Shown piece after piece: positions 1 to 12,999 of a stretch of DNA of 64,000 nt. Each line of letters begins with the position of its first letter. Positions within the stretch are counted from its first letter, which is position 1. Both the position numbers and the translations under genes were made by a program. The notes under the pieces are model-generated. The model was not told the DNA's origin. It did not search any database and saw nothing but the letters and a program-made list of their open reading frames with translations. This DNA comes from Raillietiella orientalis (taxonomy: Eukaryota): positions 1,922,001 to 1,986,000 of the forward strand of contig JAYWIR010000022.1 in assembly GCA_036172245.1 (NCBI GenBank). The letters are read 5' to 3'.

Positions 1-183
1 AAAGACAACGCTTCTGTAGATTCACTCCCACCCCCAAGCAATTTTTTTGCCGAAAATCATCCATTCATCTGTCATGTATGGGACTCTCCCGTATTGTCTG
101 TGGTCATCTCTGTGTTAAGAGAAATGAACAATGGCTTTTAGGAATTTTCTTTTTCTACATGGACAGGATGAGGAAATTTTTGC

Positions 184-1650
184 TTAGGGAATTTCGAGAA
201 TTTCTTTTCCTTTCTTTGATGAATAGTGAAGAAACTGTGTAGGGAAAAAAGGTTTAAAGAAATCCAGAATCATGTAGGTGAAAGGGAAAGTGAAGACGAC
301 GCTACCCGAAAGTTGCAAAAAAGATGCCAAGAATTTTGGAGTAATCCAGAGAGGCCGCGTACTTTTCGTACGCTTCACTTTGAAAGTGGAATCTGAGGTG
401 GTGCTGAAAGTCTGCTTCTTGCTGGAGGGCTCAATCCTTTCCATTCCGGCCATCAAAGTAGCTGCAGTTGCGAATTCCAAGAGGGCTTCCTAAGGAACAC
501 CCCCGCTCACGGGGAGGACATCCCAAAGTGTTGAGTCTCTTCCTAAGCTTCTTCCATGGATGGAACCACGTTTGTGGTTGGGCCATCACCCAGAGCGAAA
601 CCTCCTTCCTCTTACTGGCCTGAATTCGGTTGCCCAGGAAGCTCCAGTCTGATCTTCTTGATCCTCTGAGAAGAAGTACTCTTACAACAAGCTCCTTGTT
701 TTTCGATAAAGTCTCTCTTCATTCTAACTGCAGCACCCTAAACGAAAGAAAATTCGAAGGAAGCGCTGACTGGAACTTAGGGCCGAAATGCACGTAGAAA
801 TACTCGCCTACGATAATTATCACGAAGGTCAAGAGATCTCGTGGTTCAGATAGAGGCACAGTCTTCCGGAGACTATGGTAGCCAAGGTGCAAAAAGGAAC
901 TTTTGAACTTCGAAAGGCTGGAAAGAAAGAGGTGCTTCTTCATGCTTGAAGGGAGCTGGAGAAGGCAAATAAGAAACAGGGCGAAAGCAGAGTTTGTCCG
1001 GATGCAATCAAAAGAGAGCCTGCCCCTCAAGCTTTTTCCGAGCTTTTGACCCAAAAGCTCGGAAAGCATCAGTGCAGCATCTCCAAAAGCTCTCAAGCTT
1101 TTGGAGATGCTGCATGATCTCTTGTGATTCCCATGTAAGATCTCGCGTCCTATATTCTCTTCATTCTCCTGTCCAGAAAAAACAAAAACACAGTTGAATT
1201 CCTTAGCGCTATTCTGAAGGTTTCTTTTGTCGGTGCTCCCGTGCCCACCAGATTTTTTAGTAGATGGAATTGAGAGCTCAGTGTTAGGACCTCGTCCGTC
1301 TGTATCTGGTTGCTTCCCTTATGGCACTGTGTACTGAGCGCTTCCACGTTCCGGAACCAATAAGGTTTCCTTGTCTTTGGAAAGCTGGTGCTACCGATTC
1401 TCTCCGGTGTGGGTGATCTGGATAGTCTTCTATTCTTTTTTGTTCCTCTTGCGAAACTCTGGTCTGTTCTTGAGGACGAGTTTCAAGGAAAGCAGCTCCA
1501 AAGAAAGAGTTTCGCGTCCATCTCCTTCTATGGTAGGACTTCCCAGGTTTCTTGAAGAAGCAGCTGATGGTTTCCCGACTGAAAAAAGAAAGTCAGAGAT
1601 GATAGAAAGAGCAGTGTCTGTGCAGCTTTCTCGGATAGGATCAGAATTCT
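184..1650 (-). mobile_element. Degenerate BEL/Pao LTR retrotransposon gag-protease relic
   Basis: LTLSSQFHLLKNLVGTGA..FRIALRNS resembles the DUF1759 'LS..QKF.YLK..L.G.A' motif; LSELLGQKLGKSLR; KRDFIEKQGAC (zinc-knuckle lead-in); WITPKFLASFLQL (protease-like). Multiple stops and frameshifts. Confidence 0.55.
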
Positions 1651-2499
1651 AAATATACAGCCAGAATTCTTCAGCAAGAAGCAAAGCGGTGAGCAGATAA
1701 CTCAGCAAACAACTGAGAGACCTAGTCCGCTGTCAGACCAGACGGGTTGCCAACCAAATGACTCCTCTTTCACTCCCCCAAGCAAATCTTATCGGGTGTG
1801 GAGAAAGCCTTTAGGAATAAAAAAAGCCGAGTCCAGAACTTTGTGATGCGGTAGCCTGAAACCCTGTGGCGGGAACTTCCTTGGGAATTATTCGGATAAA
1901 GTTTCTCTAGTGCCAGAGATACTCCGATGTCATAGGACAGAGAAAATGGATAGTATACAATGATCTGTCCCCAAAGCAGGAAACGCAGTATCACACCTTC
2001 ATCACACCGAAGGTTCAAGGGATCTATTGATGCCATGCAGAACTGGATGAGGACAAAATTATTTCCGTCCTGACGATGCCTCTTGTCATCCGGTGTTAAA
2101 GGGAGACCTCATGCAGGCTGCAGAAGCTCACATGGTGGTCCACCACTTGCTTCGTGACATGTGAAAGCAGATAGGAAAGCAAGGCTCCCTGGGAGATGGG
2201 AGAGTAGGGCGGAGGAAGAGAAAAAGCAGCCGACAGCTCTTCTGGCATTCCTAAAATTTTCCTCCCCGCGTGCCGCTCGGCGCGTGGCATGACGGTCTCG
2301 TCTGGTGCACGAGAGCCCGGGAGCTTCTTTGGAAGAAATTCGCAGCTGCGGCTGCTGGACGGGCCTCTAGAGCTCTCGTTTCACCGAGGATTCTCCCAGG
2401 CAGATGAGAGGAGGACGAAAAGTGACCGCTGCAACTCTATGATCACGACCGGCGGTCTCTCGGCATGACCGATGGCAGGAAAAGAAAGAGAGGAGACAA

Positions 2500-5400
2500 A
2501 AAATTTTCCTCTTCCATTCTCTCCTTCCTTCCCTCTCTCCATCTGCCTCGAGTCGCGTTCGAAAGTGGAGACCATGAGTCGGCCCTTCCTTGGAGGGGAG
2601 GATCTCGAGATGGAGAAGGCATGAGAGCCGCTGGCCTTCACGCCCTAGGAGTCGTCTTCTTCCTGCATCGAGTAGTGAAGGAACTCTTTGCCATCTTCCA
2701 GGATGGAAGGAACGCTCTGGCCTCCGTGTACCGCTCCGATTCCGGAGCGGAACACGAAGGAGCCTTCTTTCCACCACAAGAGGAGGGAAGGGGAGAGACC
2801 ATCGAGAAATCTTGCCTTCAGACGTGGTCAGCAAGATTTCTTCCCAAAGAAAGACTATCGTCGGAAGCAGAGCCCGCTCCTGGCAACATAGGGTCGTGTA
2901 GGGCCTATACGCCTTGAGGTAAGGGCAAGTAAGGACTTGAGACCCCAAATCAATAACATTTCTCGTCAGGTCTGCTCCTGGAAAGCGTGGGACCGTGAGT
3001 TTGGGGGAGAGTGGGATCCTCGTGACGAGTGCCGGACCCATGCTTGCATCATGGATCGATGCGTATGCGATCTGCGCTGCTCCTCTCAGACGCAAAACTG
3101 CCCAGTAAACTCCAGTGCTCTGGATCCAGCTTCCAGCTGAGTTATCAAAGAATGGGAATGAGGGTGTTAGGTAGGTTCCGCTTTCCAGCAGGCAGGATGC
3201 AACCCGGGTTAGTGAAGGCCACAGTCTTCACGGAGAGATGGGAAACATCTTGATGGTGGCTTTTTAAGGTTACCTGATTTTCTTCCTCACACCACTCCTG
3301 AAAACCCTCCTACCTGCCACCTTTTCGCCGACTTCTATCTGAATCAGACACTTTGATTGCTTTCCCATAACAGGGTGGAGTGATGCGATCGTCAAGGCTG
3401 AACGCTTGGAACCAGGAACTACTGAGACTGAGGTGACTTCCTTAAATCTATGAGCACTGTGTTATCTGCAGCTGGAAAAGATTCTGCTTTCGAGCTTCAG
3501 GCGCTCACAAGAAGACGTCCCATGATCCCAAAATTCATGGAACACTGTCCGAGCTCATGGAACTTCGTGCCTTCATACGCCTCAGAAAGCTACTCCCGAG
3601 ATGGCTTCTAATGCTCCAAATGAAAGCAATCCTTGATTCTTGGTGAAGCATCAATGATTGAGGATGCGTCGGTCACCAACGGCTGTCTTTTCTTTTTCAA
3701 GGCATTCAAAACGAACCGCATCCGTCTCCTGGCAGCGGATTGCTGCCGTGTCTCGAAAACGGAATCGAAGCAGCAGTGTAGCAGAAAAGAGATGTGCTTC
3801 GATTCTTGAAAACAGAAGATGTACAACGATGTCTTCTATTAATGTTTTCATTTCTTCTTCTCAGGCGTGATTCCCTGTGCACTAGTGTGTTCGAAGTTGT
3901 CTGTGGTATTTGCAGCACCCCTTTTACGGTGATGAGGCACAGAGATTGCAGAGCCATTTTCTAGGATGAGGCACACTGTAACCTCTCTGGTACTTCGAAT
4001 GCAGTAATTGCAAAGCTCTGCCGAATATTCCAGTGGTAAAGGAGGGACTCCTTCTAGATGCCACGAAAGAAGCTGGATTCGAAAAGCAGTCCGAGCATGC
4101 TCCAGCAAAATGGATCATCAGCTCACGATGGAATCTCAGCTAGGTGCCAAAGGTGAAGACGGCATGAGCGGAAACATCCTCGAATGTCCACAGAGACCGA
4201 TTCCTGGAGCATCCAAACGGCCAACGGCTGCGGCATCTCTCGTAACATCTTTCACTGATAAGAAAAGAAACCAATCATCTTCATTAGGAACACGTGGAGC
4301 ATTCCAATCACAATGCAGAGCGGTGCGATCACGAGTAACGGGATCGTAATGGCACCAGCTAGCTCTTCCCCATTTCAATCTGCCGAACTACCACTTTGGG
4401 GATTTAATAGACGAGGAGGAATTCGGATGGATCTGGCCGCTTCTTACCAGCTACCTATTTTTCGGAGAAGCAAACATAATCAAAAGCCCAGGTCGCATGG
4501 TACCTCTCTTGCCTGAGTGTACAAATTGCCTGCAATTAGTTTTCGTCTTCTTCTAGCAAAAGGTCATCAAGAATATCATAAATTATAATCAGAATAAATT
4601 AGAATCACATAAATCATCCACCTTCATATTTCAAAGCAAAGTTGACTCCTGAAGGATGTTCTCCGTAAAGCGCCCGAGATCACTTCTCGGGATGTCCTCC
4701 TGCGGAAATGATACGTTAGCCTGCTGTAATGGGGTTGCAGTTACGTCAAACGTCTGCTTGCATGCCGATCCTCATTTGCGTTCCGAGGGGGGAAACACGA
4801 GAGAATGATAACAATTAAGTTCGGCCGGTAGTCCCTTGAGGTCCATTTAAGTTTCCCGCAGCTTCTAATTTTTGTGCGTTAAGCTACGCGCCTGGAATCT
4901 CAATGCCCGCTTTGCTGGAACAACCACAAGCCCAACTGCCCTGTGCGCTGTGCAAGGCCAGGCAGACAGCAGACGTGAAAACCGTGCGCGCCCATGACTC
5001 CGTACGGTTCGCGATGTACAGTTCTGGGCAAGTGAAGCCCCTTTCCGTTCCCCTTTCCTTCAAGAAAAAATGAAGTAATTGGGAATTCATATTTGGCTAA
5101 TGGCAGCATACGATGCCTTCTGTGGGTTACCTCATCTGACCTTCTGATGAGTATTGGCGCTTCGCAGGGCTGAAGAATCCGCTACTGATTTTTAGTACCC
5201 GCCCCCCTCTCGAGTGTAATCGCTTTCTATAAATAAATCAGCAGCTGCATCAGTGATGCAGAAGTCTGTCACTCCACAGGAGATGCTACCTCCTGCAGTC
5301 CTGAAGAAAACACCAGGAAGCTATGATTCGAACCTGCTCTGAATCCTCTCCTATTCACTTGTTTTCTTGCAGCTCGGTGCAGCAGCCGAGCTCTGCTCCG

Positions 5401-7400
5401 TCCCTGTCTGATGTTGCATTCGCTGGGGGAGCAGGGAGGGGGAGAGGGAATTTTGAAACTGCCGGAGGAATGGAGGAAACTGGTTTTTTGGTTTCATCCA
5501 TCTATTTAAGCCCCAATGGAAGATTTCCTTCAGCCTCTCAGAATTAAGGAAGAAGACGAGCATGGACTCCAGCTCGGACGCTGAGAAAAGGTGGACTGCG
5601 ATTATTTCAGCAACCAGAGCCGCCTTGGCAACCAAAGCTCATTTTTCTTACAGCACCGGCAGCTCGTCAGGACGGGAAAGTGCTCTCCTAGCTCCGGGTA
5701 GAGAGGGAAAAATCCAGGAGAGCTAGTAGAGGTTGGGTTCCAGCCAGACACAGGTTGCCCATTGCCCTACTCCACGGTATCGCGGGTGGAACTCTCTCCA
5801 CCTACCGTACCTGAGAAGAATCCAAGAAACAGGAAGGAGGAGGAGCAAAGATCGACCGAGGGCACAAGGGCGTCTCTGGAAGTTTGACCGCTTGCTGCTG
5901 CAATTTTCCTTCAGCTTGGCTCTCCTCTCCTTTACAAACTTCTTCCTCCTGAGGTGACCGATCTAGCACCAGCACATTGGCAAAGGAGATTCCAAAACCA
6001 GACTACATTGCCACGCCTTTCCCCGCCCGAACCGGACGTTGGACAGCAGGTAGCTTCTTGAAGAGGTCTCTGACGGTTCTGATCGACGTTTCTGTCTTTC
6101 CCAACACGACCAGCACACTGCGACCTTGCTGGCTCACTGGGGACTCCTTCGAAACGAGGAATGCCACTACCTGGTAAAAAGACACCCTTTGAACGATTGG
6201 AAGCACAAAACCTAAACCAGGGAACTCACCCCTCGTTTCCTCATTCCTTTCCAGTCCATCTCATTCCCTATCTGCAAGAAATAAAAAAGATAAACGCATA
6301 TCTGTTCATTTTTTTATCCTCCCAACTTTTGTCCTGTGATGGCAGTCCCTTCCGTTTCGGACCGGCGCATGTCGGTTTCCCTCCAGCCCCTTCAAATTTT
6401 ATTGATTATTTATTTCGGGCAAACAGTCCGGCGATAAGAAGGCCGAATCCTGCAAAGGTGCATCTGCTTCCTCGGAATTCATCGGGGAGAATTGTTCCAG
6501 GTCCTAGGCTTCCTGATCGCAGCCTCCATCCTTCTTCCCCTTCACTGCCAGGGCGCTGCAGTCCTGCAGGTGCTCTGGGACCATCCTCGATACGAGGAAC
6601 GTAACCGATCCTCCTCTAGGAGGATTCCCAGGGGAGCGTCCCCACTGAGGAACAGGGAGGACCCTTCCGCGTGTGCTTCCTCAATGCGCTAAGCTGCAGA
6701 GTGGACACTCCAGCTGTCCAGCGGCGCCCAACGGTACCTCAGGCGAACTCTCACCCCCTCGGGTCTACCGGTTGCCTCCTCGCTGGCGATATCCTGTCGC
6801 GTGCGAGCGGACGGGCGAACTCGCCAAAGCGGGAGGGTGTGACGCTGTGGCCTCAGAAGGCATCTCTGATCTCTACCGCCCTCGTGGGAAGAGGGATGGA
6901 ATGGTCCACTTCTCCGGGATGTGAAGCACCGCGACCGGGGAGCCTCAGGTCGATTCCAATTGTGCCAGCTCGAAGCCAGCAACAGCACCCCATTCCCCTT
7001 CCACCCTTTCTCTCGCCCCAACCCCATGCAGGCTCACACGCTCCCAGTGGCGAGGTCGGTCCCTGATTGCTTGTTTGCTCCTTGAAGCTGCTTCTCGTCC
7101 CTCCGCTCGCCCCTAGCCTGGACCCCAGCGAGGTTGCAGATCTTCCGCTTTGGGAAGGCACACATGGTACCCTTTGTAATACGAAGGCGTGGATGTGGAA
7201 CTCGAAGGACACCTGAGCTTTCGAGGAGGCGCGTTAGCCCCAAAAGCTGACATCGGGACTGAGGGAGAGGGTTCGAACCTCTCTGGAGACCTCTTGCCTG
7301 AATACCCCTCGATCCTGCCTTGTAAGAGTTGATCTCCACGAATCGGGGAGAGCGCATTCGGACTTTCATAACGAGCCTTCATCCGACTGACCGGACTCCC
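2500..7400 (-). mobile_element. Degenerate DIRS-type retrotransposon (RT-RNaseH-MT-like-YR order)
   Basis: Reading downward: VKGKKDGG (~6530, RT), YQVVAF and KFVKERRAKLKE (RT), AQGSW...LNAQKLEA (RNase H), DDLFARR-like across a frameshift (MT-like), SFLRRMK...SWDV, CPYLKAY...KISRW and GVKASGSHAFSIS (YR). Fully disrupted. Confidence 0.65.
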
Positions 7401-8299
7401 CGGCTGAAGAATTTTAGGATGCGAGGATGGAACCTCAGGGCCGATAGGGCGGTGACTGTGGAAGTGACGCAAATGCCTTCCCTTCCCCCCCTCCCGATTC
7501 TTCCCATTCATTCCCGAAATTCCCCGTATTTCATTTATTTATTTATTTTAAATAAGTGCCCTGACAATCCTGGATGGGAAGGTTTTCTTGTGGACTGTTC
7601 GAAGGGAAAAAGAGCTTTCCAGAAAATACGAGTGGAATGGCCGGATCTTGGAATGCTCCACAGTCATTGGTTAAATGAGTCGTTCTTTCCCACACTTCAT
7701 TTCTTCGACGCTCGGTAATTAGTGGCGACTGCTCTGACTGTGCCGGAATTAAAGTCCCATTAAAAGACTACAAATTTGGAAACGTCGATAATTATTCCTG
7801 AGCTAATCAATTCCCTATCCTTTAATTTGGATCCTGTTGATCTGACGCTTTTAATTCCAAGATCGGGGAGTTTTCACGCTCGATCAATCAGCGAATTTCC
7901 ATACACTCAATAGTGGACGATCCGGGATTCTAGCAGTGGGGAGGTGGGATCCGCTCTCTGCTCAGAAAACGAGGTGACTTCGAGTTCACAAGAGCTGCGT
8001 GGACGACGGGCTTCGGGTCCCGTCCTCACTGGCGGACGATGCACAGCGTGGCCCCTCCAGATTCGGAAGGACGGAGGTGCGTCTCTGTGGAGATCTCCGG
8101 GGAATAAGGGAGCTCGGACGTCTCAGCAGCGAGCTGCAAGTACTGTGTAGGGATGCAGGTCTGAGGACAGCTGGAGCAGCTGAGGGCAGGAGGTAGATGT
8201 GCCTCATCGCAGATGCCGAGAGCCTCCCAGAGTTCGTAGTGGCGTTGCAGAGGAAAGAAAATGACTAAGAGAAGAGTTTCTTCCACCGAGCAAGAGGCT

Positions 8300-11200
8300 A
8301 AGATGCTTTCTACCAGTTTTGGAGAAGCGTCCGTGGGCTGCAGAGCAAAAGTGGTGTAAAATTCAAGGCGACACATAGAAACACACACACACACAGTTAT
8401 ATTGCCTGAGGCCGAAGGGCCGAACGAAATTCTCCTGATGGGTGGTGGGTGGGGAACTGCTGAGAGTCGCGAAGAACTGTCTAGAAACCGAATCGGTGAG
8501 GCTGAAGAATGTCCGTTCCTAAGAGGCAGAGGCGCAGCATTGTAGAATTTGTGTTTCAGACCAAAGGAATTTTCGGGCGGTTCCTGTTGCCACGCAGTCT
8601 GTGTGCTTCTCTCAGGGGCTGGAGCGTTCGTCGCATCCTCTCTAAGATCGAACTGACGCATGGTTTTTTTTCTCCCTATCATCATCGCTTCTCGCCCACA
8701 GATGGCGACTCCGGACCCATCCAGATCCAAGTTCTGGGCAGAGTGACCTTGCGCGTCCATGCACCAGTGAGTAGGATCGCCAGTTACCCGCGAATACACC
8801 AGGAAGTCCTCAATTTCTTCCCATGACGATTCATCATGGCTTCCTGCGGGACAGAGGATCTCATCGGTCATCCTGAAAATTGCAGTCGGGTGCTCCTTAG
8901 CAATTGCGGCAGAGAAACGATCTGGAAGCACTTGAGAATGCTACACGCGAATGGACTTGGAGCTTTCAGAGTCGTTTGCCCCGAGAGGCGGCCGTCTCTT
9001 CAACATCTGTGGAAACTCCATGACTTTCAAGAAATTCCGTGACTTTAAGGAATGAGATCGAGAAGAAAGTAGCTCATGCCTTTTCGGAGATTCGGACGTC
9101 GCTCCAGTATATCGCAGGGAGTCACTCCTTGTTGGAGCTACCTCGGTGTCAAGGGGAGAAATCTCTGTTGCTATTTGAGAAGCAAACAGAAATCCAGTGG
9201 ACACAAACCAGCCCGAAGGCATGTCATCTTCTCGCTCCTAAAGACAATCTTCCACCTGCTGTTCAGGACGATTAAAAAAAAAAAGTCTTGGAAGATTAAA
9301 GTGCCCTCTAGTTAGGCTTATTGTAGGGAGTGGCCAATTTCACGACTTCAGACAAAACATTTCCCAATTATCTCTTCAGGGGGAACACCCTTATCTATAG
9401 AAAAATCAAGCTAGACTCCCGTCTGCTCTTTTCCGATGCTGGCTATCCGACCAGAAAAGTCCGAGCAAGCAGCCTTCATCAGCCGATGCTGGATCGTTGC
9501 TTTGTTTGGTGGAAGAAACTGCAAGGCACTTTTAGTCATCAGGGAGGTGAAATTCTCGCAACTAGAGCGTTTGGTTCTGTCGAAGTCTGTTAGCAGCAGT
9601 TATCAGCGATGCCTTTCCTTCTGGGCTCCTTCTGGCAGTCTCTATAGATATCCTCAGAAAACATCCGTTCGAAACGGTCAACCAGGGCAATGCTGCGAAG
9701 AAAAAGTTTGGATTGTAAATCTTCTTCAGCTCGAAGGAAGTGGTCCTTCATTCCGGCATATGTCGAACGAAGAAACCGCAAACTACGTACTGAGCAGAGT
9801 TTTCTAAGCTTAAGATCTTACGAAACAACGATTTTTGAGTTCCCTTTCTTTACGCGACACTCCTTGAGCACTTCGTCTGATGCAAAGATACCAGATTTCA
9901 GGCGAAGGTTTCATCGAACTTGTCACTGACGCCCTGGGTTTGCCAACGCACTGCAATGGAAGAAAACACGATTGCTATAGAGCGGATGCAATTCTTCGTT
10001 GATGGCTTCTGTCTTGTTGTCTGAATATCCCGGTTTCCTGTTGGCCTCGAATGGTAGTTAGTCCTGAAAGTATGGACTGAAGTAGGAGTGCTGGCTTGGA
10101 CAAAAGAAAAGATGAAGGGTATGGGATTTCTGCTCTTGTAAGAAGAATAAGGCATAACCCTCATTGCCTGAATCTTCTCGAAACTTCTTCTCCTTTGAAG
10201 CACCGAGAACATTATGGACTGGAGATTACACTTGGAGTTTCTTATGGAAGAAATTCGAGAAGAACAAGAAAGAAAAAAGAGGAGGTAGACAAAACGGTGT
10301 TTTCTCTTAGGAGATCACTGATGATAGGCACCAGGGGCGTTATGTAACGGTTTCTCGTTGACTGTTAAGACGTGCGGCTCATGGAGTTTTCAGTCCTCAG
10401 AGTTCTTCTGAGCAAGCAAGCAAGACTTGGCGCTCCCTTAACCCCTTTTTGGATAACTGAAGAAGGAGACCTTGGAGACTCGATGAAAATCCCTCTTCGC
10501 TGCGATTCCCTTGCATCCTGGAAGCAGGAGCGGAATTTCTTCTCAGAAACCCCAACATGTCATCCTAAACAGAGGGAATAGAGAACACTGCCTTTTCTGA
10601 TCCTAAACCCACTAACAGATCAGCAGAGTCCCTTTGGGTTTCCGGAAGAACCTTCGGGTTCGATTGGGTGCTCTGAGGCATCTGCCTGCCTCCATCGTCA
10701 ACAGCTTCAACAGAATTGGAATCCCTTTCCGTGGAGGACCTGAAAATCTCGATAAGGAAGACGGCGGACGAACTCTTAGCCGGGAAGATGACGTCAGAGA
10801 AAGAGATGGACTTTGGGAGAAGGATGGACACTAGCAGGTGTTTTCTTTTTTCTTTCTCCGTGTTTCCAGACACGGACTCTTGCCTCTGCCGACTCCGTCC
10901 AGTCCTCCAAGACACTCAGTCTGGCAGCTCCCGAGGGTATCACTCTCCGAGGTCGCGCGTGCGTTGGTAATCGAAGGAGTTCAACTCCAGGAGCCCTCTC
11001 AGCACGCGGAGTACACGAGGGAGATGAAACCGTGAGTCCGAACTTTTCCGTTGGCCAATCCTTCCAGTGAGGCGACACAGCCAACGCGAGTCGCGCCTGG
11101 ATGCTGCTCACCCCACCTCGTCCAGATGGCTGTACCGAACGCAAGTTGCCACCGTCCTCCTCGTACCAGGCGCGGTCCTTCCTCCGGAATGGAGACTGGT

Positions 11201-11600
11201 CATCTTGGTTGCCTCGTCCGCATCCGTCCCCGTGGATAAAGAGAGGGGGGAATAGGGCGAAAGGGATGCTATTGTGGAAGCAAACCCGCAAACAGACCAG
11301 CGGATCATCTTATCTCCTTGTTTTCCCAGACCTCTGGGACGCCTCCTGGAACGGAGGACCACAGACGCCATTCTGGGATCCTTTCTCGTAGATCCACCGA
11401 GTATGAATGATTCCGCTTGTCCCCATTCCACCGTTCCCAATCCTTTCCCATGGAGACTTTCTTCACCGGTTTGAAAATCACTGCATCGACCAGGAAGGAG
11501 GCACAGAAGGAGCAAGAGAGGAACGTTGGGTGGGTCTGGACTGCCACCTGCGTGGAGACTGCAGCAGCGGCATGGCGACGTGTTTCCGCTCGATTGGCAG
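8300..11600 (-). mobile_element. Highly degenerate BEL/Pao-like gag-pol relic
   Basis: Weak motifs in the expected order: CQTECLGG/RVRVWKH (knuckle), VEAVDDGGRQ (protease), MTDEILCPAGSHDE...HWCMD (YVDD-region-like). Confidence 0.35.
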
Positions 11601-11749
11601 TCTGATGTAGGATCTCACCCCTCCGATGTTCCCTTCCCCTCTCTTCCCCTCCCGTTTCCCCTGTGAGGAGGTTCCGCTCTTCCTGTCAGCCTTTTTAGTT
11701 TTATTTTCCTGTTCCTGCCGTCCGCCGCAGTGTTCGGGAGCGAATCATT

Positions 11750-12300
11750 AAAAAATGATCAGCGCCTACTTCTGTGCCCGGAGGCCCTTCAGAGAGGAAT
11801 CGAGATCTCAGCTGCTGGAGCACATCGGGGGCTCTCACTCTCTCTCACTTCCTCTTGTCCTCACGGGTGCTCTATCCTCACCCCATTCTAGGTGGTGCGT
11901 GCTCTGCCCGCACGGAGGCGTGCCCTCTCGGGCGTTCCTTCGGGACCCGGGAAGAATCCTTCTCTGGTCGGCGTTCCTCTGGGAGGGGGAATAGAAGGGC
12001 AAGATGGCTGCAGAGAGCGGGAGAGAAAAAGGACGGGGAGAGATTTTCGGAAGCTGCTCTGCTTTAGTGCATGCTTTTTCGTGACAGGACTATTTCCCCT
12101 CAAGGGGTTCTTCCTACAGCTGTGGTCATCCGATCTGCGAAATCCTACTCGAGACCAGGGAGAGGTCGGGACCTCGTTCGGACGGAGCGCTTGCAGGGGA
12201 AGATGGAAGGATGAGAAGCAAGCAAGAAGGGAGGGGGGAGTTGCCACGGCGCGCGCCGTTGAAGAGAAGAGCAGGCGCAAGCGCATCCTTAGGAACTCTT
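11750..12300 (-). mobile_element. DIRS tyrosine recombinase fragment relic
   Basis: ALRPNEVPTSPWS...NPLRGNSPVTKKHALK resembles YR 'RLRP....WDL...EPL...LT.K'. Confidence 0.35.
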
Positions 12301-12999
12301 CCGCGTGACAACTCGAAGGGGATGAAGCGACCGCTGCCCATCGTCTAGCTCAGAGAATATCCTTCTCGCTGCCCCTCCATCGTGGCAGTCTCCCCGAGAG
12401 ACGCCGCCGTGAGCTCGAGGCGGCGGCGGCGGCGGCGGTTTCTAGGGGAACGCACGTGCCGCGCAGCGCGTGACGACTGCGCTGCGTTTCGCCAGAATTG
12501 CGCGATTCGTGCGCGCGCTCCGACGACGCCTTCCTCTTCTCCCCCCCCCCCTTCCCCCCGTTTCCCCTCCTCTCCTCACTGCGTCCGGTCGCCGCGGCGG
12601 CAGACGAAGCAGCAGCAGCAGCAACAACAGCAGCGCCGTAATCGAAGCCATCAAGACGCCAACATCCGCCAGTCAGCAGTTTCCTTTGATGGCCGTTTTG
12701 TCTTCCTCGCGGTGGTTTAATTTCCAGACCGGCCGATTACGCGCAATCATCAGCCAGGAATGAACGGACGCATCCGTCTGCTCCGTCGCTCTTTGTCGGC
12801 CTTGACATGGACCGGGCGCCTCTGCGCCGGCGCTGTTGTAAGCGGACGCGCATGCTCCGCCGTCTCCGCGCGGACGTGTAGGTTTCGCGTCGATGCCTTC
12901 GCGGTTTTTCCTCCCCCCCGCTTGCCTTCTATCCTCCTTCAAAGCGTTGCATCCGGGAGAGGAAGGAGGAGCCGAGGTGGGAAAGGACTAGGAAGGGAG

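Noticed and set aside
2500..7400. Domesticated or functional YR/methyltransferase system
   Set aside because: All DIRS-derived frames examined carry stops, frameshifts or lost catalytic residues (for example the HSTR motif is degenerate)
8026..8931. 301-aa ORF as an intact gene or active RT
   Set aside because: No intact YxDD catalytic motif; runs into a (GT)n tract; treated as part of a decayed retroelement
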